Sequence record: MN850609.1 | Strand: one strand, 5' to 3' | DNA length: 64,000 bases | From: Escherichia phage dhaeg | Part shown: piece by piece, positions 1-12,781 of the stretch | How positions within the stretch are numbered: the stretch's first letter is position 1 | Layout: each line of letters starts with the position of its first letter | Program-made: the position numbers and the translations under genes | Notes under the pieces: model-generated | The model's input: only the letters and a program-made list of their open reading frames with translations | Database searches by the model: none | Told to the model about the DNA's origin: nothing

Positions 1-30
1 TGCTTCGGCGATCAGTTGTTCTTTAAGCAT
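1..30 (-). CDS. 22: Prohead scaffold protein gp22, N-terminal fragment; the gene continues beyond the window edge
   Basis: Reverse complement of 1-30 reads ATG..MLKEQLIAEA, matching the T4 gp22 N-terminus. Position downstream of gene 21 fits T4 order. Confidence 0.55.
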   Translation of the reverse strand, partial: MLKEQLIAEA

Positions 31-57
31 TTTGTAGTCCTGTTGTTTAGATAATAA

Positions 58-65
58 TATTTATA
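58..65 (-). promoter_or_regulatory. Late promoter for gene 22
   Basis: TATAAATA on the minus strand overlapping the gene 21 stop, about 28 nt upstream of the gene 22 ATG. Confidence 0.5.
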
Positions 66-696
66 ACGCTTTTTTCATGGCCTCTGCGAGAGCCATAAAG
101 GCGTCATCGGCACTGGTATCGGTATCTACCGTTTGTGATTCTGTAATTTGTTTAGGAGTTACATAAGCATCAGGAGCAGATGGACCCCATACTGCATCAA
201 CACCGACGGTTAATTTATAACCTTCGTTTACACGCTTATATCCTTTATTGGTTTCAGTTAAAGAACCTAGACCACGAGAACTAACACCAGGCACCCAACC
301 GGCTCTAATATTAGCAGCTAGTTTATCACCAGGACCATGGTCGCCTTCAATAATACGAGCACGTCCATAAACGTCATTACCTTTCCACCACATATCTTCA
401 ATAATAATAGCGGCTTGCATAGGGTCGACGTTAGCACGAGGCGGATGATTTAATTCTCCTAAAGCTTGTTTAGTAGCAACCTGTTCTGCCATATAATCAG
501 CAACAGCTTTTTCCAAAATAGGTTTTGGATAAAGGCGTTTATTACGGTTAACCACTTCGGCTTGCATGAATATGCCTTCTATATAAAGGCCCGGGGCAAG
601 TCCAGAATCTTTTCCATCATGAGATTCCAACATCGGAACCCCATCGATAATTTCACCTGGTTGTCCCCAATGTTCGATGAGCAATTCAGGTTTCAT
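61..696 (-). CDS. 21: Prohead core protease gp21
   Basis: 211 aa. N-terminus ..LLIEHWGQPGEIIDGVPMLESHDGKD.. matches T4 gp21. Lies in the 20-67-68-21-22 order. Confidence 0.9.
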   Translation of the reverse strand: MKPELLIEHWGQPGEIIDGVPMLESHDGKDSGLAPGLYIEGIFMQAEVVNRNKRLYPKPILEKAVADYMAEQVATKQALGELNHPPRANVDPMQAAIIIEDMWWKGNDVYGRARIIEGDHGPGDKLAANIRAGWVPGVSSRGLGSLTETNKGYKRVNEGYKLTVGVDAVWGPSAPDAYVTPKQITESQTVDTDTSADDAFMALAEAMKKAL

Positions 697-1124
697 TAGT
701 TAAGTCCAAAGGCTTTACGTTTAGAACGAGCTTTCTTACGCTTACGTTCAGCACGTACTTGAGTAGACGGGTTAGCACGTTTGGTTTTAGACGCTTTGCG
801 AGCAATCTGACGGCGTTTTGCTTTAGACAACCCAGTCGTTTGATAAGCGTTGCGTTGACGGGTTTTAATATCTTTAGTACGAGTAAGCTCACCTTTAGAA
901 GAGACGTGCTTAACGATAAATTCGTTAAGAGCCATATTTTCATTCAAAGAGGCAATGGCGATAGCTGTATCGATATCACCATCAGCAATCATGTTCTCTA
1001 CAAGATTATTTATATCGCTTTTCTCGAGGGCTTCAGAAAGAGTAGCAAAACGTCCCTGTGCTTCTGGAATTTTGGCCTCTACGCTTTCTAGAGTTAATTC
1101 GTAATCATCAGGGATAAGGAACAT
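696..1124 (-). CDS. 68: Prohead core protein gp68
   Basis: 142 aa with a basic C-terminus. Position between 67 and 21 as in T4. Confidence 0.65.
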   Translation of the reverse strand: MFLIPDDYELTLESVEAKIPEAQGRFATLSEALEKSDINNLVENMIADGDIDTAIAIASLNENMALNEFIVKHVSSKGELTRTKDIKTRQRNAYQTTGLSKAKRRQIARKASKTKRANPSTQVRAERKRKKARSKRKAFGLN

Positions 1125-1402
1125 TATTCGTCGTCCTCGTCTTCATCATCATCGCCGTCATCACCTTCATCCGCATCGTCAGATTCTTTTTTGTCTTTCT
1201 TATCTGCTTTATCGGATTTTTCGTCTTTATCTTCGTCTTCGTCATCTTCGTCGGCTTCTTCGCCTTCAATCATAACGGAGCGAGCAATTTCTGCTTTACG
1301 GGCTTCAATCAAAGCGGCTACTCGAGATTCGATAAGCGGGGCTGCTGCTTTACGAACTGCTACGAGGTCGTTTGATTTAATAGCTTCGATTAAATCTTCC
1401 AT
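1124..1402 (-). CDS. 67: Prohead core protein gp67 (highly acidic)
   Basis: 92 aa with a poly-D/E C-terminus. Immediately downstream of the portal gene as in T4. Confidence 0.65.
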   Translation of the reverse strand: MEDLIEAIKSNDLVAVRKAAAPLIESRVAALIEARKAEIARSVMIEGEEADEDDEDEDKDEKSDKADKKDKKESDDADEGDDGDDDEDEDDE

Positions 1403-2976
1403 TAGAAATCCTCTTCTTCTTCATCTGGGTTTTGGAAACGAGCCTCTTTAGACTCTTCTTCAATTTGCTTAGCTTCTTGATTAATTTCTTCGTCAGTCAT
1501 CTGAAGGAAATCTTTCATAGCCGTTTGATGTGAAATATACTTACCAATAAATGGTTCAGCCATCGTTAGCATATTGATTCTGCGTTCCATGATTTCCGCA
1601 TCTTTCATTTCACTGAAATAGCTATCACGATTGAACGTAACTTTAATATTATTTATTTCCTTTTCCCACTCATCTTCTGTAATAATCTTTTTAAGAATGA
1701 GGTTTGTTTTTAACGGGTCTAGGAAAATTTCTTCAAATTTGTTTTGTAGCTGGCGAATCCATTTAGCAAATTTCAACTCATCACGAGTGATTGCTGTACC
1801 GGCATCAAACATAACGCCTGAATTAGATTCACTAGGGATACGTGACTCTGGAATACGCAGTGCACGATAAAGTGCTGTGCGGAAATAAAGAACATCATCC
1901 ATATCACTCATACCAGTAGCACCTGGCATTGTATCAACTTCTGTTACCGCTTTACCGTCACGACGTTGCAACCAATAGTCTTCAGTCATAGACATATTAT
2001 GTTGTTGGTTTTTAATTTTACCTGTCGAAGCATCATACACCACACGGTTTTTCATCGTGTTCATGATATGTTGCATTTGTGCTGCAGCCTTACGTGAAGG
2101 CATATTACCTGTATCGATATAAAACACACGACGGTCAGGAGCACGTGTAATACGGTAGATGACCATTGCGTCTTCCATCAATTTAAGCTGGTTTGCAGGC
2201 TTAATAGCACGTTGCAAATAGCCAATGATGTTTTTACCGCAACAATCTAATAATCCGGAATGTGCATAAACTACGGCAGCACGAGGAATTTTAACTTTAG
2301 TCCCGGCTGAATAAATGCGTCCATCAGCGCAATAACTTTCATGGCCTGTGTCGTAAACGAAAAACTCGCGATACCCGTCTACAATTTTAACGCCGTCTTC
2401 CATACGTGTAACGATTTCACGAATATATTGGACTTGGCGCGGGTCTAAGCGTCGAAGCTCTTGTACGCCATCTTTCATTTTTTTAGGGTTTATAATTTTA
2501 TGAAAGAATATTCTCGAGTCTACATACCAACGTTGGAAATGGTCAGTGCCTTTACGTTGGAAATTTAAAAGGTTTAAAACTTCACTAAATTCAGCCAAAA
2601 TTTTATCTTTAATTGATTGACTAAATTCCGTGCCGTCTAAATTCAATGCAACTACTTCTTTATCATCCTCGTAGACAATAGCGTCAGACACAATTTCTTG
2701 AACGGCATTGTCGACTTCATAGTTGTTCATCAAATTACGGTAGGTATCAATGAGTTCCCTGGTGTTTTTAACTTCAGGCTCATTACTACCAAACATTTGT
2801 TGCATAAGAGCATTATAAGGAATATTTTGCTCTTGGGTTTCAATTTCGCGAGCGCCATCATCAAGCTTAGGTGCAGTGACAGACTCTAAATTGTTATTTA
2901 ATTGTTGTTTATATTCTTTTTCGTCTTCATTAGCCCATGGCTTAAGAAAACTTAATATTGTATTAAAGTTTGCCAT
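1402..2976 (-). CDS. 20: Portal vertex protein gp20
   Basis: 524 aa, the same length as T4 gp20. Lies between tail tube and prohead core genes. Confidence 0.88.
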   Translation of the reverse strand: MANFNTILSFLKPWANEDEKEYKQQLNNNLESVTAPKLDDGAREIETQEQNIPYNALMQQMFGSNEPEVKNTRELIDTYRNLMNNYEVDNAVQEIVSDAIVYEDDKEVVALNLDGTEFSQSIKDKILAEFSEVLNLLNFQRKGTDHFQRWYVDSRIFFHKIINPKKMKDGVQELRRLDPRQVQYIREIVTRMEDGVKIVDGYREFFVYDTGHESYCADGRIYSAGTKVKIPRAAVVYAHSGLLDCCGKNIIGYLQRAIKPANQLKLMEDAMVIYRITRAPDRRVFYIDTGNMPSRKAAAQMQHIMNTMKNRVVYDASTGKIKNQQHNMSMTEDYWLQRRDGKAVTEVDTMPGATGMSDMDDVLYFRTALYRALRIPESRIPSESNSGVMFDAGTAITRDELKFAKWIRQLQNKFEEIFLDPLKTNLILKKIITEDEWEKEINNIKVTFNRDSYFSEMKDAEIMERRINMLTMAEPFIGKYISHQTAMKDFLQMTDEEINQEAKQIEEESKEARFQNPDEEEEDF

Positions 2977-3033
2977 TAGAGTCTCCGATGAATGGGATAA
3001 GGAGCCGAAGCTCCTTTATAATTCTATTTATAC

Positions 3034-3537
3034 TCATTCCCACCAATCGATAGCGAACGTAGATTCGAAAGTTTCTACCTCGTTGTTTGAATCCCAATCC
3101 ATCTGGACTTCACCAACGTTAGTAGGCCATAAGCCATAAATTGTAACTTCTTTAGTCACAGTCTTACCATCACGGTGGAACTGTCGAACAATTGCTTGTT
3201 TCTTATATTCTGCAGGTGCAGCACCGGTAATTTCATTGGTCATACCGTGGCAGAGGTTTTGCCAATCGACAATTGCCTGACGGGTGTCATGGGCATCATC
3301 GTTATAAATGGTAATAGTCCAATCATCAAACGTACGGTCGCCAGCTACGTTAATTTTACGGTTCATGTAGCCAACCGGTACTTTTTCTACAATGCCTGCC
3401 GGCATAGGTGCTGCTTTACATTTAAAGCTAAAGTTTTTACCAAGAAATGGAATTTCCACTTCGAAAAGGTTAGGGCGTGCAAAGTCACCTGACTCAAACG
3501 CACGAGTGATATCTGTCAACTCCATGGGATGCCTCAT
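3034..3537 (-). CDS. 19: Tail tube protein gp19
   Basis: 167 aa, immediately downstream of the tail sheath gene. Size and position match T4. Confidence 0.85.
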   Translation of the reverse strand: MRHPMELTDITRAFESGDFARPNLFEVEIPFLGKNFSFKCKAAPMPAGIVEKVPVGYMNRKINVAGDRTFDDWTITIYNDDAHDTRQAIVDWQNLCHGMTNEITGAAPAEYKKQAIVRQFHRDGKTVTKEVTIYGLWPTNVGEVQMDWDSNNEVETFESTFAIDWWE

Positions 3538-3577
3538 AAGTCAGTTCCTGGCCACACCAGGAACGTTCTGATTAATT

Positions 3578-3585
3578 TATTTATA
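3578..3585 (-). promoter_or_regulatory. Late promoter for gene 19
   Basis: TATAAATA on the minus strand about 40 nt upstream of the gp19 ATG. A 7-bp hairpin TTCCTGG/CCAGGAA (3544-3563) lies in the leader. Confidence 0.5.
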
Positions 3586-3710
3586 ACAGTTGATAAATCA
3601 TATTCCTGATAGTTAATCAATCCCAGGCGCAATTCTACGTGATGTACGCTGTAACCAAACCCATGGTATAATGGTTTTAGGTTCTTTATATTACAGCCTG
3701 GGATAATAGA

Positions 3711-5693
3711 TTATACTAAAGGTCCAATCAATTCATCAAAATCAGCACCAGTGCTCGTTGCAACGAAGTTCAACGTGATGTAGTTAATAGAACGAGAAGG
3801 TTTTACGTATATATTAGCAATAAACTCGTTACGGTCGATAACCGCAGGGGTGTTCACTGTAGTATCACAAACCACACGTCCTTCATAAATCCCACCAAGT
3901 GCCTTAATACCATCTAAGTACTGAGAAACTTCCATACGGAAGCTTGAACGAGTGAAGTTATCGTTCAATTCAAACAGTTTATATTTAGAGGCATCACCGA
4001 TATTTTTCTTAAGCATGTTGAACAGACGGCGAACGTTAATGTGGTCCATCGGAGATGGAACTTTAGTTGCAGTCTTATCACCAAACAATACGAAACCATC
4101 ACCACCAGCAAAACCAACAACTGGGTTAATAGCTTCCTGGTACATGCGGTCGCGTTGTGCTTGGCGTGGTTCAATTGCCAATTTCAGAACGTTAAGAATC
4201 TGACCACGGTTATAACCAGCAGGAGACATCCAAGGCTGAGACACATCATCAGTACGTGCACACAAACCAGCCATATCAGCAGCCAGTGGTACCCAACGGT
4301 TTACGTCATTATATTTGTCATACTGATATTTATAGTTACCATCAATAGCAGCATAAGTGGTACTGATGTTCATGTTGTTGGCATCGAAATTACCAGCACC
4401 GGTACGCCAGTCAATAAGGTTATCTACTGCACGAGTCAGTGGAACGTTAACCAACAGTCCTTTAGGAGGAGAAATAAATGCTAAGCAATCCTGACGTTCA
4501 TCAGCAATACTCACAACGTGTTTCTGAACAGTAGAAGCCACTTCGTCGCCTTCACCAGCAACAGCACCGGCAATAAGCAGGTTAATATGGAGTGCTTCAC
4601 GATCGGCAAACAAATCCCAACCTTGCATCAAATCGCCTGCAGTAACTTTATCGTTAGCAGAAACACCGCCCATCAGATTAATGATACCGCTGAAGCCTTT
4701 AGGCCAGTTCAAAGAGGTAGCAAAAATATAGTTGGAAGTACCTTTAGCGAAATAGTCGTCAAGATAAATGTTATTACCGTAAACGTCTTTTTCACCTTCT
4801 TTGGTAGAAAGTACGACAGATTCTACGATAGCGCCATCGCGACGAACAATAATTGCGTATTGGTCATCTGTTTGCGGTCCGTAATTAAATACTGCCTTGG
4901 CAATAGAAGCACGGGTACCACCGCCAGGATAAATATCCAGCATTTTAGAAGAACCAGCATCATAAGCGGCTTTGGAAACGATTTCTACTTCCAGAGTAGA
5001 ACCAATTTCACCGGGATAAAGAGCCACTACGCCTGGCATAGCAAATTTCTTAAGAGAAGCTTGGAATTCAAGAGAAGTAATAGCTTCTTCACTATTCTCT
5101 GCTTCAGTCAAAAGAATACCGGAATCCGTAACAATTTTACCTACGGTAATAGTACCAGAAACACCGGAAGATGCAGAAGTAACTTCAGCGGTCCAAGCTG
5201 GGCCAAGGGTAGGATACTGGTTTAAAGAACGTGCATAAGCAATAATTTTTGCTGACGGAATAAACACGGAAAGAATTTTACCGTCTGTATCTACAGAAGT
5301 CACACGACCTTCAGATTCGACTACAGTTTGGTTATATTTAATATTGATTTTATCGCCTACTGCATAGTTGGAACCGGCCGTAGTAATAGTGGTCTCAATG
5401 TTACCAGCGATAGGAGATGCGTTTTTAGCAAATTCGCGACTAACAACACGAACTGTGCGAAGGTCATTACCATACTGGAGGAAGTTCATACCAGACATAA
5501 AGTAATCTGCTACTTCGTTATTAGGACCTCCAAATAAATCAACCAGTTCAACTTCATTAGTAATCTGAGTTACCTGGAAAGCAGGGCCCCACTGGAATTT
5601 ACCTACCAGCGCTGCACGACCCGTTGCGTTACGAACGACAGTACTCTGTACGGACGTTTCTTTGAGCTCAATGCCCGGTGATAATAAAGCCAT
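3711..5693 (-). CDS. 18: Contractile tail sheath protein gp18
   Basis: 660 aa. Size and position between 17 and 19 match T4. Confidence 0.9.
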   Translation of the reverse strand: MALLSPGIELKETSVQSTVVRNATGRAALVGKFQWGPAFQVTQITNEVELVDLFGGPNNEVADYFMSGMNFLQYGNDLRTVRVVSREFAKNASPIAGNIETTITTAGSNYAVGDKINIKYNQTVVESEGRVTSVDTDGKILSVFIPSAKIIAYARSLNQYPTLGPAWTAEVTSASSGVSGTITVGKIVTDSGILLTEAENSEEAITSLEFQASLKKFAMPGVVALYPGEIGSTLEVEIVSKAAYDAGSSKMLDIYPGGGTRASIAKAVFNYGPQTDDQYAIIVRRDGAIVESVVLSTKEGEKDVYGNNIYLDDYFAKGTSNYIFATSLNWPKGFSGIINLMGGVSANDKVTAGDLMQGWDLFADREALHINLLIAGAVAGEGDEVASTVQKHVVSIADERQDCLAFISPPKGLLVNVPLTRAVDNLIDWRTGAGNFDANNMNISTTYAAIDGNYKYQYDKYNDVNRWVPLAADMAGLCARTDDVSQPWMSPAGYNRGQILNVLKLAIEPRQAQRDRMYQEAINPVVGFAGGDGFVLFGDKTATKVPSPMDHINVRRLFNMLKKNIGDASKYKLFELNDNFTRSSFRMEVSQYLDGIKALGGIYEGRVVCDTTVNTPAVIDRNEFIANIYVKPSRSINYITLNFVATSTGADFDELIGPLV

Positions 5694-5722
5694 TTTGAAT
5701 CCTCTTGGTTATGCTTTATTGT

Positions 5723-8032
<2,310 letters not shown>

Positions 8033-8036
<4 letters not shown>

Positions 8037-8902
8037 GGGTTTCTCCTTGGTGCTGGAGGCTCTGGTTCAACAGGCACCGGAATATCTTGTGAATACGTTT
8101 GAATGGACTTACCATCCCATTCTTTTTCTTCTACGCCTCTAGGAACTACTTCGCTATCAACCGATTCAAAATTACCTTCAGGAGCGAGTTCTTTAGAGTT
8201 GGCAAAGAAATCAAGATAAATGGTTTTGATTTCGCCTTCCATTTCTTTAACAGGAGGATATAGCCATCCGTTAACCTCAAACATCATAGACCATTCTAAG
8301 CGACGACGTGAAGTGGTATCACCTTCTAATTGTTCGTCCATTGCTATAGATTGGAACACAATACGAATATCACGGTCAAATTTAATTTCGTTTGTATAGA
8401 GTTCGGTAATTGTTGTATTAAAGTGAGGTTGGAAATACGGCATAATTTGTTCCACAATCTGGAACATATCATCTTGAGTTCTAGTGTAAATACCCAGTTC
8501 AAAAATCATTTTTACTGGAGTAGGAGAATATTGGCTGACTCGTTTCCGAGGGTCTCCATTCTCAAATTGAATTTGTGTTCTATTTTGAAGAGCCGTTTTG
8601 TATTGTGAGTTATAAAGCATGTCAACCATTTGGAGGTTCATACGTGGAAGAACAGTTTCCACTTTAGCTTTTTGTTCAGCCCTTTCTTTTGGGGACATAT
8701 TAGGATTTGGGATATTTTGAACTGCGGTCCACTTACCTAAATTAGCCATAAATCTTTCTTTAGAAGCATACGTAATAGGAACCTTAATAAATTTAAGCCC
8801 TGTATCTTCTCTTTGACGTGCTACTTGAACATGGGAAAATAAATCACCCATCAAAACAATATAGCGACGTAGCGAACTATTATACCAATGTCCAAACATC
8901 AA
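8033..8902 (-). CDS. 15: Tail sheath stabiliser/terminator gp15
   Basis: 289 aa. Position in the 13-14-15-16 cluster. Confidence 0.75.
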
Positions 8903-8938
8903 ACCTCCTAAAATGGCGCATAGTGCGCCATGTATTAT

Positions 8939-9712
8939 TTAATCATCTAAAAAAGCATCATCAAATGCTGTAGGAGGAGCATCTTCTCCTCTACCATTAA
9001 TCACCACATAAGGATGTACGAATTCCGCTGCTTCAGCATTAATCTCATTAACCTCTTCATATTGGATATCAGAGATATCAGCCAACCCGTCGATATTTTT
9101 AACAGGCATTAAATCAAGCTCACTGAATTCAGGAATATTAATACCTTCATTTCTCTGTAATTCAGGACGAAGTTCTTCACCATTATAAATGAACTTGGTA
9201 GCAGTAATACGACGCTGGACGTTTGTACCAACTTGATAGAACGGGTCGTAAGGTTGAACCCAATTAATTTCAAATAGACTGTTGTCCATAGGGAAATAAA
9301 TCAAGTCACCTGAAACAGGTTCAGTACCATTGCATTGATGTTTAAAAAGGTTAGGGTTAATTGTGATTGTTACTTCATCATTAACCATCATACCGAACTT
9401 ACTGAAATAAGTATTGTCACCGGAATAACCTTCAAAGGAATCTAAATAACCTGCAAACTTCCAGGCTTTAGTAAATTTGTTCTGAAGGTCTTCGCCAAAT
9501 AGCTGGTCTGGTTTAACATATTCACGTGGTATATAATAAAGCTCGATACCACGCATTTGAATAGACTCAGCAACTAAAGCATCAGCCAATGTTTGGGTGT
9601 TCTCATGGCGATAAAAGTTGACGAATGGGTTCATTATTTCAGTTTCGTTCGTGTTAGCATAGCCAGTATTATCTTCTAGCTTAGCGAATAAACTCGAATC
9701 GAAAGTAGCCAT
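8939..9712 (-). CDS. 14: Neck protein gp14
   Basis: 257 aa, similar to T4 gp14 (256 aa). Position matches. Confidence 0.75.
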   Translation of the reverse strand: MATFDSSLFAKLEDNTGYANTNETEIMNPFVNFYRHENTQTLADALVAESIQMRGIELYYIPREYVKPDQLFGEDLQNKFTKAWKFAGYLDSFEGYSGDNTYFSKFGMMVNDEVTITINPNLFKHQCNGTEPVSGDLIYFPMDNSLFEINWVQPYDPFYQVGTNVQRRITATKFIYNGEELRPELQRNEGINIPEFSELDLMPVKNIDGLADISDIQYEEVNEINAEAAEFVHPYVVINGRGEDAPPTAFDDAFLDD

Positions 9713-9714
9713 AA

Positions 9715-10647
9715 TTATCCAATTAAAATAGGTGTTGGTGGGTCGAGCAAATCTAATTCTTCACGAAGACGTTCTTTTTCTAAACGAGCCTCTTCAATCA
9801 ATCGAATACCATCTACAGTGGTTCCACCTGCAAGTTGCATGCCTTGGTGTTTGGCTAGAATATTGCCATTGACTTCTTTAACCAATGCAGTGGCATAATC
9901 TTTAACCCAACGGTTATTATATGCACCGTCCTGAAGGCCGAGGTCCTCGCCTACGCGCATACCGGAAATACGACGAGATGGGTTATCCCAAATAGCACCT
10001 GGGCTCCATTCGTTTTCACCACAGGCCGAAGCATAACCATAGCCTACGGTATTTCCAACCATAGAATCAACCCCATTAAAAGAACGAGTATAAACTTCGA
10101 TTACAATAAAATCGCCTTTAACAAAGTTACCCATTACCTTCAATTGTTCAGTGGCATCGTTATACCAATAATCTGGTAGTGGAACCAAAAGGTCCTGCAT
10201 CATAGAACGATATTGCATTAGCTGCGTAAAATAACCAAGGTCGGCGCCGAAGGCATTAGGTCCGAAACTGTTACATGAAGACCCAAGCCCACCATTAATA
10301 CCAGCTAAGCCTAATACAAAATCTGTAAACCAGGGATAAGTTGCTTGCCCATCCATAGATGTTAAAGAACCAACGTTAGTTCTCAAAATTTGTGTTACTG
10401 CAAATATATTACGTCCTTTAAGGTCGAATACACCATTACGGAATTTTTCTTCATCGTCGTGGCCGATATAAAAAGCCTGATATCCTTTGTTATACCCGTT
10501 ATAATGGTATTCACCGTAGAGCTCTAGAGCACGCTGGATGCAATCATATACTTGGTCTGTAGTTACTTCAATATTTGTAATCGGTGCACCCAGGCGGCGC
10601 AGAATAGCGTCCTTGAGTTGCTTAGGGTTGAATGATTCGCTTGCCAT
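9715..10647 (-). CDS. 13: Neck protein gp13
   Basis: 310 aa, similar to T4 gp13 (309 aa). Position matches. Confidence 0.75.
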   Translation of the reverse strand: MASESFNPKQLKDAILRRLGAPITNIEVTTDQVYDCIQRALELYGEYHYNGYNKGYQAFYIGHDDEEKFRNGVFDLKGRNIFAVTQILRTNVGSLTSMDGQATYPWFTDFVLGLAGINGGLGSSCNSFGPNAFGADLGYFTQLMQYRSMMQDLLVPLPDYWYNDATEQLKVMGNFVKGDFIVIEVYTRSFNGVDSMVGNTVGYGYASACGENEWSPGAIWDNPSRRISGMRVGEDLGLQDGAYNNRWVKDYATALVKEVNGNILAKHQGMQLAGGTTVDGIRLIEEARLEKERLREELDLLDPPTPILIG

Positions 10648-10668
10648 ATTTTATTCCTCTAATAACCG

Positions 10669-10676
10669 TATTTATA
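10669..10676 (-). promoter_or_regulatory. Late promoter for gene 13
   Basis: TATAAATA on the minus strand directly after the wac terminator, about 22 nt upstream of the gp13 ATG. Confidence 0.55.
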
Positions 10677-10677
10677 G

Positions 10678-10701
10678 CAAAAAAGGGCCGAAGCCCTTTT
10701 T
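10678..10701 (-). terminator. Intrinsic terminator after wac
   Basis: AGGGC-ttcg-GCCCT hairpin followed by T6 on the minus strand, immediately after the wac stop. Confidence 0.6.
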
Positions 10702-10702
10702 A

Positions 10703-12772
10703 TTATGGTGCTGAGTTTAAAGTCACAAAATCAGACAATAATACCCATGCGTTATCAACCAGAACGTACGGGAGTCCGTCTGCAGCAGGAGCCACCGGCG
10801 GACGTTTAGCTAATTCTGTTTCTAAGGCTGTAATTTTACCTTCGGCGGTGGTTAAACGGGTTCCTAAATCGGCAACTTTATCCGATTCAACCTTAACTGC
10901 GGCTAAATCGGACTGAAGGGTAGTTATTTTACCTTCAGCTGTTGTTACACGAGTTGTTAAAGGAGCTATTTTAGCGGTATCTAATTTAATATCAGTAATT
11001 TCGCCTTCATTAGCTGCTACTCGCCCGGTTAAAGTAACGATATCACCTTTATTCTTGGTTATATCGGCTTTAATAGGGGTTAATTGTGATTCTATAGAAC
11101 TCACATCTAAAGCCAAAGCCGTAACATCAGAATCGGTTGTATCCGTCTTGGTTTCCAATGCGGTTATTTTGCCATTAATAGTTACGTCACTTTCTTCCAA
11201 AGCAGTAATACGATTATCTTGCTCAGTGTCTTTGGATTTTAACAAAACAACATCGGCTTTAATTTCTCCTACTGAAGTGTTTAAAGCACCAGTTCTGGTA
11301 TCAAGAGAAGAAATGGAGGCGTCATTAGTATCGACTCTAGCCGTTAAGGCTGATACCTTACCATCAGTAACCAATAAAGAAGCTTTTACTGCATCGATTT
11401 CTGTAGTACCATCAAGGATTTCCGTCCATGCCGAATCCTTACGTCCATACAATTTACCATCAGTAGGTGCTTCACCCAATTTAGTAGGCATCTGAGCTTC
11501 AAGGCCTTTAACCGAGTTTATTAATCCTCGTTCTTCTACGGTACTACCGTTAGGGTTGGTTCCTTCAATTTGGTTGGTGATTTTAAGAATAGAACCTTTG
11601 ATGCCTGTTTGGTTATTACCAATTTCGGCCTGCAAATCCTGAATAGTAGAGGCTGAAGTATTGCCTTGAGTTGTAAGGTCGTTCAAACGTTTATTGATTG
11701 TTCCTGCTGCCGGACTCACATCCGCACCGATTTTACGGTCTATATCAGAAACCTGGAAACGAAGCCCTTCAGATGAACTAGCACCAACTATGGTTTTTAA
11801 CTCATTAACATCAGTACGCAAGCCGCCCAATCTGCCGTTAATAGACGTAGGGGTATCGGCAGTACCGATGGCAGTTTCTACTGCAGTAACCCTAGGGACC
11901 AATCCATTATTAACAGTGTTTTCTAAAGTAGACGTTTTAGTTTCTAATGTAGTTACTCTGGTATCAATAGAGCCCTTATTAAAGCCTATACTGGTTTTGA
12001 TAGAATCTATCGATTCATTAAAGTTTACGGCTGCCGTTTCGAGAGCTGAAATTCTAGTATAAGCAGGTTGTTTACCTACCGTATCAATATGTGGACCAAG
12101 TTCTTCACGAATTTCGTTAAGTTTAAGCCCAAGTTGACCTACATCAGAATCTTCATAATTCTTTTCAAGGGTATCTATACGTTGCGAATGGTCGACAATA
12201 GCACTGGTATTATCCATAATACGACGTTTCATACCGGTGGCTTCAGAAGTTTCACCGGGAGGAAGCGGCTGGCTGTTTATATCTTGGTTTGCATAATGGC
12301 CAATTTCTGATTTAAGAAGATTTATATTTTCTCTAACAGTGAGATACGGGCCATCTAAAGACGGGTCATAATAACCGACATCTTCTTCTAAAAAATTAAA
12401 ATTAACTGTTAAGTCGCCTAAGTCCTTTTTAGTCTCGGAAGCCTTTTCATCTACAGCCAATATATCGACACGGTTCTTTTCAATTTGCTGAATAACAGCC
12501 GTATCAGTAGAAATATCAAGGGCTTCATTAATCAAATTAACGTTATCCACAAGCTCGTTAATTTTGTCTTTAGAAGCTATGCTGTTTTCTTCTAATCTAA
12601 CTACGTTAGTTTGTACTCCTAAAGCAGGGGCATTCAAATTACCGTCGTGACCGTATTTAGTCGTGGCTCCTTCAATACATTCGCCATTGCGTATCCAACG
12701 GATACGCTCTTGGGATGCATCAGGTACACCATCGACAAACGGAAGTTCTTTAATACTCAGTTTGTCAATCAT
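10703..12772 (-). CDS. wac: Fibritin (whisker antigen control), extended coiled-coil form
   Basis: 689 aa. Long heptad-rich segmented coiled coil (repeated LETK/LTTAEGKITALE units). Position between 12 and 13 as in T4. Confidence 0.7.
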   Translation of the reverse strand: MIDKLSIKELPFVDGVPDASQERIRWIRNGECIEGATTKYGHDGNLNAPALGVQTNVVRLEENSIASKDKINELVDNVNLINEALDISTDTAVIQQIEKNRVDILAVDEKASETKKDLGDLTVNFNFLEEDVGYYDPSLDGPYLTVRENINLLKSEIGHYANQDINSQPLPPGETSEATGMKRRIMDNTSAIVDHSQRIDTLEKNYEDSDVGQLGLKLNEIREELGPHIDTVGKQPAYTRISALETAAVNFNESIDSIKTSIGFNKGSIDTRVTTLETKTSTLENTVNNGLVPRVTAVETAIGTADTPTSINGRLGGLRTDVNELKTIVGASSSEGLRFQVSDIDRKIGADVSPAAGTINKRLNDLTTQGNTSASTIQDLQAEIGNNQTGIKGSILKITNQIEGTNPNGSTVEERGLINSVKGLEAQMPTKLGEAPTDGKLYGRKDSAWTEILDGTTEIDAVKASLLVTDGKVSALTARVDTNDASISSLDTRTGALNTSVGEIKADVVLLKSKDTEQDNRITALEESDVTINGKITALETKTDTTDSDVTALALDVSSIESQLTPIKADITKNKGDIVTLTGRVAANEGEITDIKLDTAKIAPLTTRVTTAEGKITTLQSDLAAVKVESDKVADLGTRLTTAEGKITALETELAKRPPVAPAADGLPYVLVDNAWVLLSDFVTLNSAP

Positions 12773-12781
12773 TTTATTTCC

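Noticed and set aside
4518-5225. Plus-strand 235-aa ORF, and many other ORFs of 60-150 aa, antisense to structural genes between 1 and 26966
   Set aside because: They are entirely embedded in and antisense to strongly supported T4-homologous structural genes. They have biased composition and no RBS or promoter. They are treated as spurious.
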